Assembly (NCBI GenBank): GCA_001661245.1
Contig: KV454011.1
Coordinates: forward strand, 1,328,724 to 1,392,723
Direction of reading: 5' to 3'
Source of the DNA: Pachysolen tannophilus NRRL Y-2460
Taxonomy: Eukaryota
Length of the DNA stretch: 64,000 nt
The notes below the pieces were generated by a model. It had not been told where the DNA came from, made no database searches, and worked only from the letters and a program-made list of their open reading frames with translations. Below, piece by piece: positions 1 to 11,346 of the stretch (position 1 is its first letter; every line of letters starts with the position of its first letter). The position numbers and the translations under genes were made by a program.

Positions 1-709
1 ATGACAGAAAGGAATTGAAAGGAAAGGAAAGGGGAGTTGGAGTTTTATTTGGATATGATATGGGTGTAGTATGTATCATTGTATATTCTTTGGGAATGAT
101 TATTGTTTTAATTAAGCTATGTTTTCAATATTCTGATACTTCTCCTGTTATTCCAAACACTGTATATAATTCTATCTACTATATCATTAATAGTTATTAT
201 AGACGCAAAAACAGTTTACGAAAACAGATGAAAAAATTACCCCCAATTTTGGGGGTTAACTGTATCCGTAGTAACACTTGAACAAATCTTGCATATTTTT
301 TGTTTTTTGTTTTTTGTTTGCATTCTTTAATCAAATTTGTTACACAAAAACCAAATTAAAGACTTACAAAAACAGGTTTCTATTGGCTCAAATTATGATT
401 TCTAGCACCTGAGAAGCTTGAATGTAAACTTCCTTTCTCCTCTTCCCCCTATCTTGCAAAAAAAAATTATCAAACGGTTTTATTGGGAATTAGCTTATCA
501 TTAATCTCAAACTATTGTTAAATTTTGAAGTAAAAAATTATTTTTTTTTTCTTTTTTTTTTTTTTTTTTGGTTCTTTGGTTCTTTAGTTCTTTGATTCTT
601 TGCTTCTTCAAAGCAGATGCATCCTTTTGAATCATCGTGATCTTGAGTTTTTTTTTTTTTTTTTTTTCTTTTTTTTTTTTTTCAAAGTAAAATATTGCTA
701 AGGACTATT

Positions 710-2440
710 ATGGATTCAATCTTTTCCAACTCCCATAATGAAAGTTTGCATAATTCAATAATTTCATTTCTTAATACATCTTCTCCATTGACAAATGCAC
801 TTTTGATTTTACTTTCCGTTGCTATATTATACTTAGGACTGGATATCTCTGGACTAACTTGTACTGAAGTTATCAAGAATATTCCTTCAATTCCAAGTTA
901 TCCCATAGTAGGTAATGCTTTTCAAGTTATATATAATCCATCAATAAGATATTTTGAATGGGCAAAAGAATATGGTGATGTTTTTCAAATAAGATTAGGT
1001 ATTAAGCGTGTTATAGTCGCTAACTCTTATGATTCTATAAAAGATTTATGGATTAGAAATTGTAATTCAAATAATTCAAGACCAGTTTTACATACTTTCC
1101 ATAAAGTATTATCTAAATCTGCAATTTATACCATTGGTACAACACCTTTTGGTGAATCATATAAAAAAAAGAAAAAATATGTTTCAACTCATTTAAATAA
1201 AAGAAGTGTGGATAGTTTTTCTAAATTAATTGGTGATGAAACAACATGTGCTGTCTTCAGAGTTTTATTAAATTCAAAAAATGAACAGATTTATGGAAGA
1301 AAAGGTGTTGATATGGATATGCTTAAATTTGTTCAATATTTTTCACTTAGAATAAGTTTAAAATTAACTTATGATTATACAATAGATGTAGATTATTCTG
1401 AAAGAAATTTAGCAGATGAAATTATTTATGTTGAAAATTGGATTACTAGAATGAGATCTCATACTTCAAATTTACAAGATTTTATTCCATTATTAAGATG
1501 GTTATCCTTTGATAAAAATTCAAAAGCAGAAGAACTTAGACGTAGAAGAGATGAATATATGGATAAATTTTTTGAATATGCACAAAGTTCTAAATCAAAA
1601 AATTGTCTTGTTAATGAAGTATTATTGGATCCAGAAAGAAATATTTCAATTAATGAATTGAAAAGTATTTGTTTAACTATGGTTAGTGCTGGTTTAGATA
1701 ATACTGGATTAAATCTTGATTATTGTTTAGGTCATTTATCAAATCTGGAAAAAGGTTATAGAATTCAATCTATAGCTTATCAAGAAATTTTAAATAGTTA
1801 TGGTTCACTGTTTAATGCATGGAAAAATTGTACAGAAGAATTTAGTTGTGAATATATTGTTGCATTAATTAGAGAAACTTTAAGACATATGACAGTGTTA
1901 CCATTAAGTTTACCAAGAGAAACTACTAAAGATATTCATTATCATAATGCTATAATTCCAAAAGGTACAATTCTTTTCATGAATGCTTATGCAGGAAATC
2001 ATGATCCAAAATATTTTCCAGAACCTAATAATTTCATGCCAGAAAGATATTTAAATTCAAATTTAAAATTATTAGATGGTTATAATAATCAAAATGGACG
2101 GAATTGTGTAAATTGTAATAACAATACTGGTGGAACTATTATTCCAAGTTTTTCATTTGGAGTTGGATCTAGAATGTGTTCAGGAAATCATTTAGCATTT
2201 AAAGAAATGTATGTTTTCTTGATTAGATTTTTATTAATGTTTCAAGTAAATCTGCCACTTGATGAAAATTTAACAATGGAATTAGATCCTATTAAATTAA
2301 ATGAAAAACCAGATTCAATTGCAATTGAACCAAAACTTTACAAAGTAAACTTATCGATTAGAGATTTGGAGTTTATGGAAAATATTAAGAAACATGAAGA
2401 AAAGTTATTAATAAAAAATTCACTTGTTTTTAAAAAATGA
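710..2440 (+). CDS. Cytochrome P450, CYP501/CYP504 (phenylacetate hydroxylase-like) type
   Basis: N-terminal TM anchor, I-helix SAGLDNT, ExxR (ETLR), PERY, heme motif FGVGSRMCSG; first ATG at 710 (track starts at TTG 695). Confidence 0.85.
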   Translation: MDSIFSNSHNESLHNSIISFLNTSSPLTNALLILLSVAILYLGLDISGLTCTEVIKNIPSIPSYPIVGNAFQVIYNPSIRYFEWAKEYGDVFQIRLGIKRVIVANSYDSIKDLWIRNCNSNNSRPVLHTFHKVLSKSAIYTIGTTPFGESYKKKKKYVSTHLNKRSVDSFSKLIGDETTCAVFRVLLNSKNEQIYGRKGVDMDMLKFVQYFSLRISLKLTYDYTIDVDYSERNLADEIIYVENWITRMRSHTSNLQDFIPLLRWLSFDKNSKAEELRRRRDEYMDKFFEYAQSSKSKNCLVNEVLLDPERNISINELKSICLTMVSAGLDNTGLNLDYCLGHLSNLEKGYRIQSIAYQEILNSYGSLFNAWKNCTEEFSCEYIVALIRETLRHMTVLPLSLPRETTKDIHYHNAIIPKGTILFMNAYAGNHDPKYFPEPNNFMPERYLNSNLKLLDGYNNQNGRNCVNCNNNTGGTIIPSFSFGVGSRMCSGNHLAFKEMYVFLIRFLLMFQVNLPLDENLTMELDPIKLNEKPDSIAIEPKLYKVNLSIRDLEFMENIKKHEEKLLIKNSLVFKK

Positions 2441-3226
2441 TGATACTTTTATCATTATTTTTTTAAAAAAAAATTTTTTTATTTCTTTATTTTCTTATAT
2501 TCATTCAATAATAATATAGCAATTTATTTTTCTTTATCGCTATAACCTTTTAACATGGCTTTTTTTTATTAATTGATATAAAAAAAAAATGAATGATTTG
2601 TTGTTTATTAAATCTAATAACATTAACATTAACTTATTTAGCTTAGTTTTATGACTTAATACTATAACTTACTTTACTTTACCTTTTACCTAATAACACA
2701 CACTAAGCTAAGTTAAAAAAAAAACTAAGCTAGAAACAAAATGAGTTTTCGCAGTTGCAGTTGCAGTTGCAGCTGCAACTGCAGAAGATTAAATATAATA
2801 AGAAAAGTCGTGTGTCCAGCAACGAAAACGTATTTGAACCTGTGGTCCAATTTGTGACCCAATTTTTACCGGATGAGAACTGAATTGAACTTTTCTTTTA
2901 TTTTTTACTAATAATTCTATCATAAGTAAGTAACTAAGTAACTAAGTCACTATTTTTTTTTCTTTTTTTTAGACTTGATTGAATTCTTTAATTAGTTCAA
3001 AAGAAGAAAAAGAAGAATAAAATATATTAAAGTAGTTAGTTAATTAATTACGGAATTGCTTTTTATTTTATTTTATATTTTTCTTTTTCAATTATTATTA
3101 TTATTGTTTGGTTTTTTACTTTTTCTTTTTTTTTTTTTTTTTTTTTTTCTTTGGAGTTAAAGTTATCTTTTTATTGTTGAAAAGGCTTTTCTATTTTTAT
3201 TAATTAATTGACCATATAACCATAAG

Positions 3227-5962
3227 ATGTCTGAGCAACCATCATCACCGGAAGGGTTGATTTATGCATCATCAATTTTGCTTAATAAATCACCTTCGGA
3301 TTCAATTGAAGCATTGAAATTGAGATTAGATGAATCTAAGGAAATAAATGCAGCTTTTATTTCATTTTTTGAAGATTATTTAAAAGTACAAGAATCTTAT
3401 GCAGCTAATTTGAGTAAGATTTTATTAAAAGGTTCTGGATTATTTCATGATAAAACTAAATTTAGTGAAGAAATTGAAACATTAGGATTATTTGAACCAA
3501 TTTGGAATTCTCTTATTGGTGAAATAAATACAGAATTAAATTCTTTTGATACTAAGGCAAGAGTAATAGATGTTGGTGTTTTAAAAAAATTTAAAGCTTT
3601 TGATAAAAAATATTCAGGTAATTCTAAAAATTTAAATAGTTTAAGATTACTTGCATATAAAATTAATCAATTGGAAAAAATAACTAATAGAACAAATGAT
3701 CAATTACAAGAATTAAGTAATTTAAAAAATGAATGGTCTCAAAGATCTCCAAATTTTTTCGAAATAGTTGAAAGTTATGATTATAGTAGATTATTATTAT
3801 TAAAAGATGCTTTTTTACAATTTCAAACTTCAAATCAAGATAGTTTACCAAATTTAACAAAACAAGTTGATAAAAGTTTAGAATTTATTTTAAATTTTGA
3901 ACCAACTGATGAAATTAAAAGATTTTCAGAAGAAATTAATAAAAAACAATTACATTATGATCAATCTGATATAGTTGCATTGATTTCACTGAAAAATTCA
4001 GATTTATCAAATCAACATATACAACAACCTCCTAAAGTTCCAGAAAAACATAATCATCATACAGGTGGAGGATTATTACATAGATCTAGACAAGCATCTG
4101 CTGCATCAACTGTTAAATCAACTTCATCAAATCTGAATAATACTGGAACAAAGGCTAATGGTAAAGAAAAGGGTAGATTGAAAAGATTTAGTTCAATTCT
4201 TGGTGGTAGAAAGAAAAATAAAGATGGTAAAAATGCAAGTAATAAAAATTTTAATCATCATGATCTGGCAATTGAAGAATCACCATCTTCATCTACAAAT
4301 AATTCAACATCAAGTTTTTCTCATCCAAATGCTTATACAAATACTTCGGATAGAAGAACTTCTGATATTCCATCAACTTTAAATGAAAGTGTTAATGAAC
4401 CAGAACTTTATCATACTCAAGAAGCCAATTCTACTGCTTTACCAAGACAATCTTCACCTAATAGAGATCAACCTCAACCTCATTCACTGATAAAAGCACC
4501 AATTAATTCTTTTGAACAACAACAGCTGAAATTAACTGCAAATAGTCAACCTTTAACACCATCCACCAATACTATCAGTCCTAATTATGAGACTGCTAAA
4601 CAAGTTCCTGAAGATACAATACTTGAACAACCGGTATTGGATCCAAGAGCATTGCAACAACAACAACAGCTGCAAGGACAGACTCCAATACATGTACCAC
4701 CACCTGTTCCTGCTGCAAGGTCTATAACCGCACCATCTACAGCAACTCCAACAGCAACATCAACATCTATTGTTGACCAGCAGACGGCTAATTCTGAAAC
4801 AAAACGTATTTCTGCTCATCATAATCCTCTTCCACCTCCACCTCCACTGAATCCTCGTTCAAAGAGAGATATTAATTCACTGTTATTTGCAAATTTGAAA
4901 CAATCGGACTTGCAAGCTGCAGGAAACCCAAACCCAAACCAAAACTCAAATGCAAACAACAACGGTGTACCTCCTTTGCTGCCGCCGGAGTACAAGAGTA
5001 TATCTGCTAGTAGTCCAGGGACTATTGGTTCTATCAATAGACAAGTTACAGGTTCATCATTACAAAGACAGTCTACTGGATTATCATCTATTAGAGGAGG
5101 AGAGAGTGCTATTCATCATCCAGATTTAACTTTACCTGGTTTAAATGCTAGTGTCGCAGAAGTTATTGATGCTACATTTAGAGATGGGAAATTTGAAAAA
5201 GGTAATGTTCTTGGTGAAGTTGCCTTTAGTTATATTTTACAAAATGTTGATTCTAAATTACCTTCTTCAATTAGATTGGCTTTAAAAAGTAATAGTAATT
5301 TGGGTAAAATTATTACAAATTTTCAATTTTTAAAGCAATTAAATGAAGAAGGAACAGAATTTGAAATTATAGATCCAAATCAAATCCATTTAAAAACTAT
5401 TGGAGGTATTAAATATTCAACACCTTTAGAATCTAGTGCTATTGTTATACATCCAATTTGGAGATTTGAACCACATCAAGCTAGTGTTGTTATAAATATT
5501 AAATTATCGGATGAAGTCTTATCTAAATTGCCCGAGGGCACTTTTATAACTTTGAACAACTTGATAGCTTCAATTTCAGTCACTGGAGCGGTTGCAACAT
5601 CAGCAGCATCAAGACCTCCTGGTTCTTTTAATAAGGAAAAATCAAGAGTAACATGGGTCTATAGAGGTCCTGTAGTATTAGGAGCTAATAAAGAAGAAAG
5701 AATTGTAGCTAGATTCATGACAGAAGGTGTTGCCAAGGAAGGTGAAAGTGGATGCCAGGCAAAATTCAGTATTAACGATGCTGATGGTGCTGGTCATATT
5801 GTTAGAGATTTGGAGCTACATAGTAGAAACGTGTATGCGGTGGATCCATTCAGCAGTGGTGGAGACCTAGCCCTCAGTAATGGCGATGGCCTAGAAGATG
5901 ATTGGAAATTAGTTCCATGTTTCAAAACTGCAATCAGTGGTCAATACGAAGGACATAGCTAG
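3227..5962 (+). CDS. SYP1: Endocytic adaptor Syp1 (F-BAR, Pro/Ser-rich linker, mu-homology domain)
   Basis: Helical N-terminus (DYSRLLLLKDAFLQFQT); C-terminal muHD (GLNASVAEVIDATF, PIWRFEPHQAS, SRPPGSFNKEKSRVTW, GQYEG). Confidence 0.9.
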   Translation: MSEQPSSPEGLIYASSILLNKSPSDSIEALKLRLDESKEINAAFISFFEDYLKVQESYAANLSKILLKGSGLFHDKTKFSEEIETLGLFEPIWNSLIGEINTELNSFDTKARVIDVGVLKKFKAFDKKYSGNSKNLNSLRLLAYKINQLEKITNRTNDQLQELSNLKNEWSQRSPNFFEIVESYDYSRLLLLKDAFLQFQTSNQDSLPNLTKQVDKSLEFILNFEPTDEIKRFSEEINKKQLHYDQSDIVALISLKNSDLSNQHIQQPPKVPEKHNHHTGGGLLHRSRQASAASTVKSTSSNLNNTGTKANGKEKGRLKRFSSILGGRKKNKDGKNASNKNFNHHDLAIEESPSSSTNNSTSSFSHPNAYTNTSDRRTSDIPSTLNESVNEPELYHTQEANSTALPRQSSPNRDQPQPHSLIKAPINSFEQQQLKLTANSQPLTPSTNTISPNYETAKQVPEDTILEQPVLDPRALQQQQQLQGQTPIHVPPPVPAARSITAPSTATPTATSTSIVDQQTANSETKRISAHHNPLPPPPPLNPRSKRDINSLLFANLKQSDLQAAGNPNPNQNSNANNNGVPPLLPPEYKSISASSPGTIGSINRQVTGSSLQRQSTGLSSIRGGESAIHHPDLTLPGLNASVAEVIDATFRDGKFEKGNVLGEVAFSYILQNVDSKLPSSIRLALKSNSNLGKIITNFQFLKQLNEEGTEFEIIDPNQIHLKTIGGIKYSTPLESSAIVIHPIWRFEPHQASVVINIKLSDEVLSKLPEGTFITLNNLIASISVTGAVATSAASRPPGSFNKEKSRVTWVYRGPVVLGANKEERIVARFMTEGVAKEGESGCQAKFSINDADGAGHIVRDLELHSRNVYAVDPFSSGGDLALSNGDGLEDDWKLVPCFKTAISGQYEGHS

Positions 5963-6326
5963 TAATCTCACGAGGAACGAGCTGTCACATATATATAAAA
6001 ATGATATGGACTAGTTTTTTTTTTTTTTATTCAATTGTTTAATTTTTTTAATTTTTTTTATTAAATTTTTTTATTTTTATTTTTATTTTTTATGTTTATT
6101 TTTTTTTTTTTTAATTTTTAAAAGATGCCAATTGTATTAGTGATTTTTTTTTAGTTTGAAGAGTCAAGAGTTGAAAAATCTCCTTTCAGTATAGTTACAA
6201 CATGTTGTTACAATGATAAGAAGAAAGTTAGAAATTATTATGTGATAAAAAAAAGAATGAAAAACTGTAGTTACTTAGTTAAATACCATAAAGAGTAGCG
6301 AACAAAGTAGTTTCTAAAATATCAAA

Positions 6327-6332
6327 ACGCGT
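6327..6332. promoter_or_regulatory. MCB element (ACGCGT) upstream of SPT21-like gene
   Basis: Exact ACGCGT in AT-rich intergenic DNA; SPT21/Ams2 genes are G1/S regulated, but the site is about 720 bp from the ATG. Confidence 0.35.
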
Positions 6333-7052
6333 TTTTTTTTTCTTGTTTTTTTTCTTGCAGCGAAAAACAAGAAAAACAAAAAAAACAAAAAAAATAAAAA
6401 GTAAACAAAAGAACTCTCTCCAAACCGTACGTTTTCACGGTAGTAAAGCAGTGGAACGAGAGACCCCCAAACCCGTCCGCAATCCATCTCATCGCTGGGG
6501 CCCTTATTAACTGTCCTCGTATAGGCAAGTCCAAAGAGCTCCAAAGAGCTCCCAAAGAGCCAAATAACCAAAAAATACGCTAAAAGTCCGCAAAAACCAA
6601 AAACCAGAAACCAAAAAAAAAAAAAAAACGCTAAAAACAAAAATCGTGTCCGATTAATCAAGGCACGTATACTAAATTTCGTGTTGTTATCAAAAAGCCG
6701 CACTTCTTTAAAGTTAAAAGATCTGATTTATCCAGTGATTTTTAGCGTTAAATATTGTTTTGTTGGTGAACAAAAGAGAGTTTTTTGAATGTTTATATAT
6801 ATATAAAAGTAATGAGAATTGGTAATAATAAGAGCTATTGTTTGTTGTTAATCATTTTTTTTTCGTATCGATCAATTAATCAATTAATCAAGGTTGATAA
6901 TAATAAATTATCCATTATTGGATAGATAAGAGAATAAATAGAGCTTGATCAGCTCATCAAGGTACTATATATATTATATATATATATTATATATATAATA
7001 TATTAGTATTAATAAACAAGAGAAAATAGGTATTTGAACAAAACAAGAAGAA

Positions 7053-7123
7053 ATGAAGTACCAACGAGCATACCATACTCCATCACTTCCAGAAGAGATA
7101 GCGCGTTATGGAGGGAATAGAAC

Positions 7124-7155
<32 letters not shown>

Positions 7156-9677
7156 TTGGTTTAGGAGATTCGTTTGTTTCTTCTTCTGTTCCTACTCTTA
7201 CTCCTTTGAAACAAAACATGCATTTGAAAATCTTATATAGTATGGATGATGAAACTACTTTTTTAGCAAGATCTTCAAGACCTTATAATGTCAGGTTGAT
7301 ATCTTTACCTCAATATCAAAATAAAATGGGTAATAATAGTTTTTTACAACAAATTGGTGCTGTTGATTTACGAAGATGTTTGAAAATATTGTTAGATGCT
7401 AGTCCCGAGCTTTCTACAAATGAAAAATATGACTATGCTTTATATTCAAAGGATATTAGTGAGATTGATGAACCATATGTTGGACATGGTTTGATGTCAA
7501 CTTTTAATAGTAAAAATAAAGAAGTATTGATTCCTGGAAGAATTTGTACCTCGTTTGCATCTCTATTGGGTGGAAACTCAAGAGAAACTTTAGAAGTGAA
7601 AATTAGATTATCCAAAGTGGTGGCAAAATCAACAAGACCAGAATTGGGAAATTCAGCTTCTAAATTAGGAGAAAAACAACAACAACAACAACAACAACTG
7701 CATCACTTCTTAGAAGAAGAAGAAGAAGAAGAGGAGGAAGAGGAACAAGAAGAAGAGGAGCAACAACGAGAAGAAATTTACAACAACCAGCGACAATTGC
7801 AGCAATCTAGACAACGAATTGGAATTGAACAAGAATATGAAGAAGACCAGGAAAACAACAATGATGTTGATCATGGCATGAAATCAGATGATGATGCAAC
7901 AGAAGATGAAGAACTGGAACAAGCGCCTGGTAATATAAATCAATTCCAACCTCCAACTCATAGGTATAAAAGAATAACCACATCTTCTAAACCAGTGAAA
8001 GCTTTTAGAACAAAATCACTTCCAGTATCCATAATAAATAATAATAGTAATAATAACAATCTGAATAAGAGAAGAAAACCAAATTTATCACAAAGAATGA
8101 TGTCTGTTGTGGAACTGCCAATAATGGAAGACAATTGTATGATGAACTCTTCTCCAGTTGGTGATTTTAATACAAACATTCATTCAAATCTGGATTTTTC
8201 AATTCCTGATCCTAAAAGAAAAATTTTCCATCAACCTTTACCACAAAAACCAAGATTAACAGCAAGTGGTAAACCTGCACCCTCTTGTGTTAATTGTGGA
8301 ACTTATGAATCAAAGACATGGAAATACGTCAAAGATGGTGATTATTTACTAGGATCCACTGGTGTTTTATGTAACGATTGTAATGCTACAATTTTGATGA
8401 AAAAAATAAATAATCAAAATATGAGAACAAATTTTATGAATCAAAATAAAAGAATGTCAACAACTACAACAACACAATATTATAAATCTATAAATTCAAA
8501 TACAAATATAACTACAAGTTCTACTAATAATAAAAATTCAAAAGTTCAAAAATTATACAATAATACAAATCAACTGTTTCAAAAAAGACAAAGATTGCCT
8601 GGAACACCACAAGGCATAATTGCAAAGACATCAGTGGCTGCAGCATCAACAGCTGCCTCTTCTTCTTCCTCACGCTTATCTTCATCATCACCATCATTGC
8701 TGAACATTGATAACATCGATCTAAGTGACATATTCGACTATGATTTGACAAAGTACGGAGGACCATTGACAGATATTGATCCATTACCTCAGCAACATGA
8801 TTTAATAGTAGATCAAAATCAACAACCAACAAGAGCTACAAAGATAAATACAACTTTGATAGATTCAAATTTTGAAGATAGTAATAATAATAGCAATAAT
8901 ATTAATGCTAATAAAAATACCAATGATGACATCAACGATGATATCAATGATGCTGATGATGAAAATAAGGAAAATATTAGACCTACATACTCCCTTTCAA
9001 ACTCTAATTCAACAGAGAAACCTTTACTGGTTGTTGATAAACAGACTGCTTTCGAAAAAATGCTAGCCCAATCTTTTGGGGATTCTACTGCATTAATCGA
9101 TTCACCAAAAGCTACTACTAGTGATGATCATTGTAATAAAAATGATGTTGAAGATAACGGTAATTGGATGAACACTTTATTTTCACGAGCAGAAGAAGAA
9201 GAAAAACATATTCTTGAAAATCATGATAATAAAATTGATAAAAATATAAGAAATGATAATAAGACTACAGGAAACGAAGAATATGATAAAACTCCAAATG
9301 ATTTGGATCTTTCATCTCCAGCTAAAATGATTTTCAATAGTTCAAAAAAAATACCAAATTCACTTTTGGTCAACAGAATTGATAAAAATAGTAACTCTTG
9401 TCAAAGTATTGAAGAAAAAGAACAATTTGATGATCTTTTTGAAGTGAAAAATGATGATAATGAAAATGATATACCTACTGAAAACATTGCTAGTGTGAAC
9501 TCGTCTGAAGAAGAACAAGAAAGGAATTCAAATAATATTGATACAGCCAAGGATGGTAATGATTCATCTCCTGTCTTGAATTCAATGGATTATTTAAGTG
9601 ATTGGAATAGCAGCAGTTCTCGCAACGATAAAACTTCGTCTCCACTCACATCGTTTATCGATAAGGATGATAAATGA
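7053..9677 (+). CDS. SPT21: Spt21/Ams2-family histone gene regulator with GATA-like zinc finger
   Basis: Ams2/Spt21 N-domain (LKILYSMD, TTFLARS, YSKDISEIDEPYVGHG, ETLEVKIRL); CVNC-x24-CNDC finger; next to ALG5/CET1. Confidence 0.8.
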
Positions 9678-9967
9678 AAAGGAACAAAAAAAAAAAAAAA
9701 AAAAGAAAAAAAAGTTCAATTTCTGTGTAATTATGTATTTTTATTACAATTTTTTTCGTCTTGCATTCATTTTATTTTAGGTATTTTATTTATGCCTCTT
9801 AAGCTAATTTTTTTTTTTTTTTAAAAGTACAAAATATTTTATTATTTTATATATAAATTTTTTGAAAACAAGTAATAACAAAGACTCTACATGTAAAGTG
9901 GAAAAATATGATGGTATCTAATGTACTGAAAAGTGATTGTGGAGGAAGTAAATAGGGTATTTTTTGT

Positions 9968-10986
9968 TCAATCAGATTTTATCTTTTTATGATCTTTATA
10001 AACACCCAAGAGATAAGCCAACCTAGTAACAACCAAGTCTATTGCCATATTCATACTATCTCTTGCCAAATCCATTTTTGAACCATCAACTTCATGCCAA
10101 GAAATTGGAACTTCTTTAATAAGTATGCCTTTCCTTATTGCAATAATCAACACTTCAACATCAAAAATCCAACCTTCAGTATGCATATTGGGGAAAATTA
10201 AATCTATCGAAGCCCTATTAAATAACTTAAACCCACATTGAGTATCCTTAATTGTTCTTATACCAAATACGAAAACCAAAAAATGTAGACCATACATTAA
10301 AAAATTTCTAATAAATGATCTTTTAACCACTGCATCTGTATTAACCATATGTGCTCTTGAACCAATAGCAATCGCAGGATTGATAAAAGGTTCATTTTTA
10401 TCCAACTGCTTGATTGAATCAAGCAATTTCTCAACATCACTAAATTTGGAAGCACCATCAGCATCTGCAAATATACCATAACTGCCTCTTATAAATTTCA
10501 TACCATGAGTAACTGCTCCACCTTTACCCCTATTCTTAACAAATTTCACTACTCTCAATTGCCCCGGACTTAAACCAAATTCATTGGCCAATTGTAATGC
10601 ATACTCTGCGGTACCATCTTTTGAACCATCATCAACTATCAAGATTTCGAATCCTTCTTTTGATTTTTCATATTTTTTTTCAAAAATTGTATTGTTTCAT
10701 CAAGCATTAGCCTCAATCTTTTTGTTTCATTATAACATGGAATTACAACACTCAATTCAATTTTTTCTGATTTTATAACATCTTTTGGTAAAGGAAGTAG
10801 ATCTGAATTTTTTTTCAGATCCAATGTTGTTGTTATATATTTCAATTCACTTTCATATGGATTCCTAGGTGTATGTGAAAATATCAATATTACAATATAT
10901 AAACACGTAATCAGCAACACTAGTAGCCCCAAAGCTAACACTATGTAACTTTGAAAAAACTGAAATTGCATCAACAGTATCACCAT
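9968..10986 (-). CDS. ALG5: Dolichyl-phosphate beta-glucosyltransferase, split by a 1-nt frameshift in an A8 run (10673-10680)
   Basis: 5' ORF 10639-10986 has TM + LSVVIPCYNETKRL; 3' frame has FEILIVDDGS, NRGKGGAV, FADADGA, DTQCGFKLF, GWIFDVE; adding one A to the run fuses them. Confidence 0.9.
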
Positions 10987-11346
10987 TACTTTCTTCTCTT
11001 CAATAATAGCTAAACTTTTTCAAAAAAAACCATGAGCTTTATAAATTATTTACTTATCTCTTCAGTGTTATAGATAACTAACTTTATTATTTATTACTAG
11101 GCGCCAACTGCTAAAGCTTTACGTTTTCTTTCTTTGATCCAACCCTAATTTATTTTATTACTATTACACGACTGTTGTTCCTTTAATTTTGACCTAAAAT
11201 CAAACAATACAAGATGTATATAAGAAACAAGAAGAATTTACAAAAAAAAAAATAAAAATGAAAGAAGCAAACAAGTGGAAGATGTCAAGTTTGTTTGTTT
11301 GTTCGTCCTTAATGGGGTCCTTTCCATTTTATATTTCGGCTTATTT

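Noticed and set aside
15..281. 88-aa ORF at window start
   Set aside because: TTG start, no motif.
6500..6535. ACTTGCCT on the minus strand resembles the U1 snRNA 5' end
   Set aside because: Mismatch in the invariant ACTTACCT, no convincing stem-loop I or Sm site.
6314..6703. 129-aa and 77-aa Phe-rich minus-strand ORFs
   Set aside because: Derived from A/T homopolymer tracts with non-ATG starts.
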